Source: Callorhinchus milii (Eukaryota). Taken from it: a stretch of 64,000 nucleotides of DNA. A program made the position numbers and the translations under genes. The stretch is taken from NCBI RefSeq assembly GCF_018977255.1, contig NW_024704742.1:33048001-33112000 (forward strand), read 5' to 3'. Below, in pieces: positions 61,126 through 64,000 of the stretch (position 1 is its first letter; every line of letters begins with the position of its first letter). Under the pieces are notes generated by a model that was not told where the DNA came from, made no database searches, and was given only the letters and a program-made list of their open reading frames with translations.

Positions 61126-61141
61126 TGCTGCCATCTAGTGG
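61126..61141 (-). promoter_or_regulatory. Candidate CTCF site, reverse
   Basis: The minus strand reads CCACTAGATGGCAGCA, a close match to CCASYAGRKGGCRS. Confidence 0.6.
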
Positions 61142-61754
61142 AAATTTACAACAGCATCAGTTTCCATTAATGATGAGTTTAACACATTGAAAAACATTCC
61201 TCCTGTGATTCTGAGGGAAATGTAACAACACTGGGGAAATCAGATTACTTTCAGGAGTTCAAACAGTGGCTGGAATGCTGCATTAATCACAGTAAAGAAG
61301 CTGGACAAAAGGGTTAAGTGGGAGACTGGGACTGGCAATGAAATGCTAGGTCTCATTAACCCTATAGTTACAGCTCACAAATCCAATTGGAAAGTTGTTA
61401 ATAAGTTGTGCCTTGAATGTCTTAAGGAAATGGGTCAAATGGGTCACAGATAGGCTGCTCACTAGAGTGTATATCCTGGGTATTGCAGATGCTGGAAACC
61501 TGAAATAAGATCAAGAATTGCTCAGTAGTTCGGTTGGCTGCTGTAAAGAAAATATATGGTTAAGTTTCAGATTTGACTCATCATTAGAATTTTGCTTAGA
61601 GGTTAACACTTCTGAAGATTAACCAATCTTTCTCTTTTAGATGTTGATTAACCTGTTACTCCAGAAATGTTACCTCCTTCTTTTGTTAATTTCACCCCCA
61701 CCCTCCTGCAGAAATTCCTTTTAATATTGTAAAGAAATGCTTCAGGCTAATGTA

Positions 61755-62165
61755 ATGCCTGACTGGCTGAGTTGGTAGAACTCTTGTCTCTGGGTTCGTG
61801 GGTTCAAAACGCACATTGGGATTTTGACCTCGTTGTCTAAGATGACACTCCAAAGCAGTGATGTGGGAGCACTGCATTGTCAGAGGAGTGGTCCTTTGGA
61901 TGACACATTAAACCATCTGCCTGTTCAGGTGGATGTTAAAGATTCCATGGCACTATTTGAAAAAAGAAGGGAGTTTCTCCTAGTGTCCAGGCCAGCAATT
62001 ACCCAGATAAAATTGGCCATTCACATCCTGGCTCTTTGTGGGACATTGCTGTGTGCAAAGTGGCTGTCACATTCATCTAAAAACAGTCATAACCTTCATA
62101 GTTAAATCTTGTAAAGCGCTTTGAGACATCTCAATGACATGTAGAGGCATGATCTAATATGCAGC
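61755..62165 (+). mobile_element. Deu-domain SINE, near full length
   Basis: GTTCAGGTGGATGTTAAAGATTCCATGGCACTATTTG core, with head and tail present. Confidence 0.78.
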
Positions 62166-62326
62166 GTAAAATTATAAATAGGTACTGTGATTCTGATTGT
62201 TATGCGGATCATCTCAAGGCAGAGGTGGGTGGAAATTGGTTTGGCTGTCAGAAGCTATCCTGTCAACTCCTGTATCCAGCAGCTAATCGTTTTGATATGT
62301 GCATCACCGGCAGTCAGTCTATGGTT

Positions 62327-62585
62327 GAGAGAAAAGAGAAAAATTATAACAGAAGATTTTGTGTTTGTTTTGGATTTCAGTTGAAGTAAATATATTTATA
62401 AATAAATATATATTTAAAAAAGTGCGCACAACCTAATTGTGTGTTGAAGAAACGTGCCGTAAACAACAGAAAGTTTTTTGTATCAGGAGAAAAGGGAAAA
62501 ATTGTATCAGAAGATGTTGTGTTTGTTTTGGATTTCTGTTATACTCAATATTATATTATAAATAAACATATTTTTTTAAAAAAGG
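62327..62585 (+). repeat. Diverged local duplication of ~95 nt
   Basis: GAGAAAAGRGAAAAATTRTAWCAGAAGATKTTGTGTTTGTTTTGGATTTC occurs twice, about 158 nt apart. Confidence 0.85.
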
Positions 62586-62929
62586 CAGTCTATGTTCGAG
62601 AGACAACACAGGTTCTTATCTTTGCTTCAATGAGAAAAGCATTAAAGTGCTGAGACCAGTGGATTCACATTTATTAAAGCTACACACCTTGCGTTAAAGT
62701 TTAACCTCTTATAGTTCCAAACATTTTTTTCTCCAAGAGTGGGAAAAGAGTTCTTGCCATAGCTTTAACTTGTATTCAATATCCCTTTTAAGGTTAAGTG
62801 TTTAAAAGAGAACAGCTTTGTCTTGCTGTTATTTTTATAAATGGGTTGATAGCAAGGAATTTTGTCTAGGGTATTGAAATAACTATTGGACAACCAATTT
62901 GGGAGCAGTGATAAGTGATGAAAATCAAT

Positions 62930-63110
62930 GTGTATAACTTCAGAATGGAAATTGTGGAGAATCTGCGTATGTGGGCAAAAGTTGGTAGATGCAGTTTGTG
63001 AAGATGAGAAATGTGAAGTTGAAGTTTGTTGTAAAAAAAAGGGTGGTGCGCTTGAGGTATCCGGACAGAAGAGAGATCTTGGAGTATTGGTAAATGAAGT
63101 CGATTGTAGT
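62930..63110 (+). mobile_element. Old CR1 ORF2 relic
   Basis: KCEV and RDLGVLV motifs in ORF 62928-63137. Confidence 0.55.
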
Positions 63111-63217
63111 TTTGGTGCTCAGAAATGGAAACACTAAATGTAGCCTAACAAATATCTTCACAGGTTGGGCATTGCCTCTTTGATCTTGCTTTGTATTTCC
63201 ATTCAATGGATAAGGTC

Positions 63218-64000
63218 TAACATAACATAACACGTAGGAGCAGAAGTAGGCCATTCGACCCTTCGAGGCTGCCCTGCCATTGAATCATGGCTGATCTTCT
63301 AATCTAACTCCAGCTAATAACCTAACCCTGTCTTATCCCCATAGCCCTTAATACCTTTTGCAATAAGAAATCTATTTATCTCAGTCTTGAATATGTTCAA
63401 GGACTGAGCGTCAACAGCCCTTTGGAGTAGCGAGTTCCATACATTCACCACCCTTTGAGTGAAGACGTTCTTCCTCAACTCAGTGCGAAAGGGCTGGCCT
63501 CTGATTTTAAGGTTGTGACCCCTGGTTTTAAATTCTCCAACCAGGGGAAACAATCTCCCACTATCTACTGTATCATACCCTTTGATGATCTTATAGGTTT
63601 CTAATTTCTTATAGGTCACTTTTTAGTGCTAACAGTTTCCCTAGCACCAATTCTCTACTAATGAAAATTTCCCTAAGTTGCTCCCTGTTCTTATCCCCTT
63701 GGAGCATCTCTATTGTTGGCAGACTTGTTGTGTCTTCTAGGGTGAAGACAGATGCAAAGTACCCATTTAGGGACTCTGCCATGTCCTTATCCCCCCATTA
63801 CAGCTTCTCCCATCTCTTGACTGAAGTGGACCTACATTTACCCTCACTAACCTATTCCTCTTAATGTATTTGTAAAAACTTTTACAATCAGACTTAATGT
63901 TCCTAGCTAGCTTACCCTCATACTCCTTTTTCTCGCTCTTAATGAGTTTTTTAGTTTTTTTTTTGCTGGTTTCTAAAACTCTCCCAATCTTCAGATTTGG
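63218..64000 (-). mobile_element. CR1 LINE, same family, with a ~1.2-kb internal deletion; runs off the window
   Basis: 63218-63603 matches 56833-57211 and 63615-63815 matches 58413-58612. Encodes TRGHNLKI...FTQRVVNVWNSL. Confidence 0.93.

Larger units (their letters stand above)
10353..64000 (+). other. CAMK2D: CAMK2D intron 2 (5' part, more than 53 kb)
   Basis: GT donor at 10353. I found no exon encoding [21 protein letters not shown] by eye. A very long intron 2 is known for vertebrate CAMK2D. Confidence 0.8.

Noticed and set aside
10353..64000. CAMK2D exon 3 or a nested gene
   Set aside because: No [13 protein letters not shown]-coding segment found by eye and no non-TE ORF with a recognisable domain. 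A tBLASTn would settle it, since a 60-nt exon is below the ORF-track cutoff.

Overview
Vertebrate genomic DNA. The repeat complement (abundant L2, CR1 with a (TTATG)n tail, Deu-domain SINEs) suggests a cartilaginous fish, which is inference. The only host gene I can support is the 5' end of CAMK2D (CaMKII delta) on the + strand. It has a CpG-rich promoter/5'UTR (~8000-9008), coding exon 1 (9009-9070), a 1187-nt intron 1 and coding exon 2 (10258-10352), followed by intron 2 running past the window end; I did not find exon 3. The rest is non-coding DNA dense with decayed retroelements: L2 fragments, two CR1 copies, a tRNA-Ala-like SINE, a tRNA-Gln-like Deu-domain SINE and AmnSINE2-like relics, often nested. 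I found no new protein-coding system. The most unusual signals are: a SINE tail in the CpG island with about 20 A/T->G/C changes against 1 reverse change (candidate GC-biased gene conversion hotspot); a modular SINE/L2 set sharing one 3' stem-loop; one-sided orientation of a SINE family; convergent CTCF motifs; an AUG-free leader that is open in frame with the kinase; a 20-bp fold-back hairpin; and a templated-insertion deletion junction. Repeat boundaries are hand-estimated and family names come from memory of consensus sequences, not from a database search.
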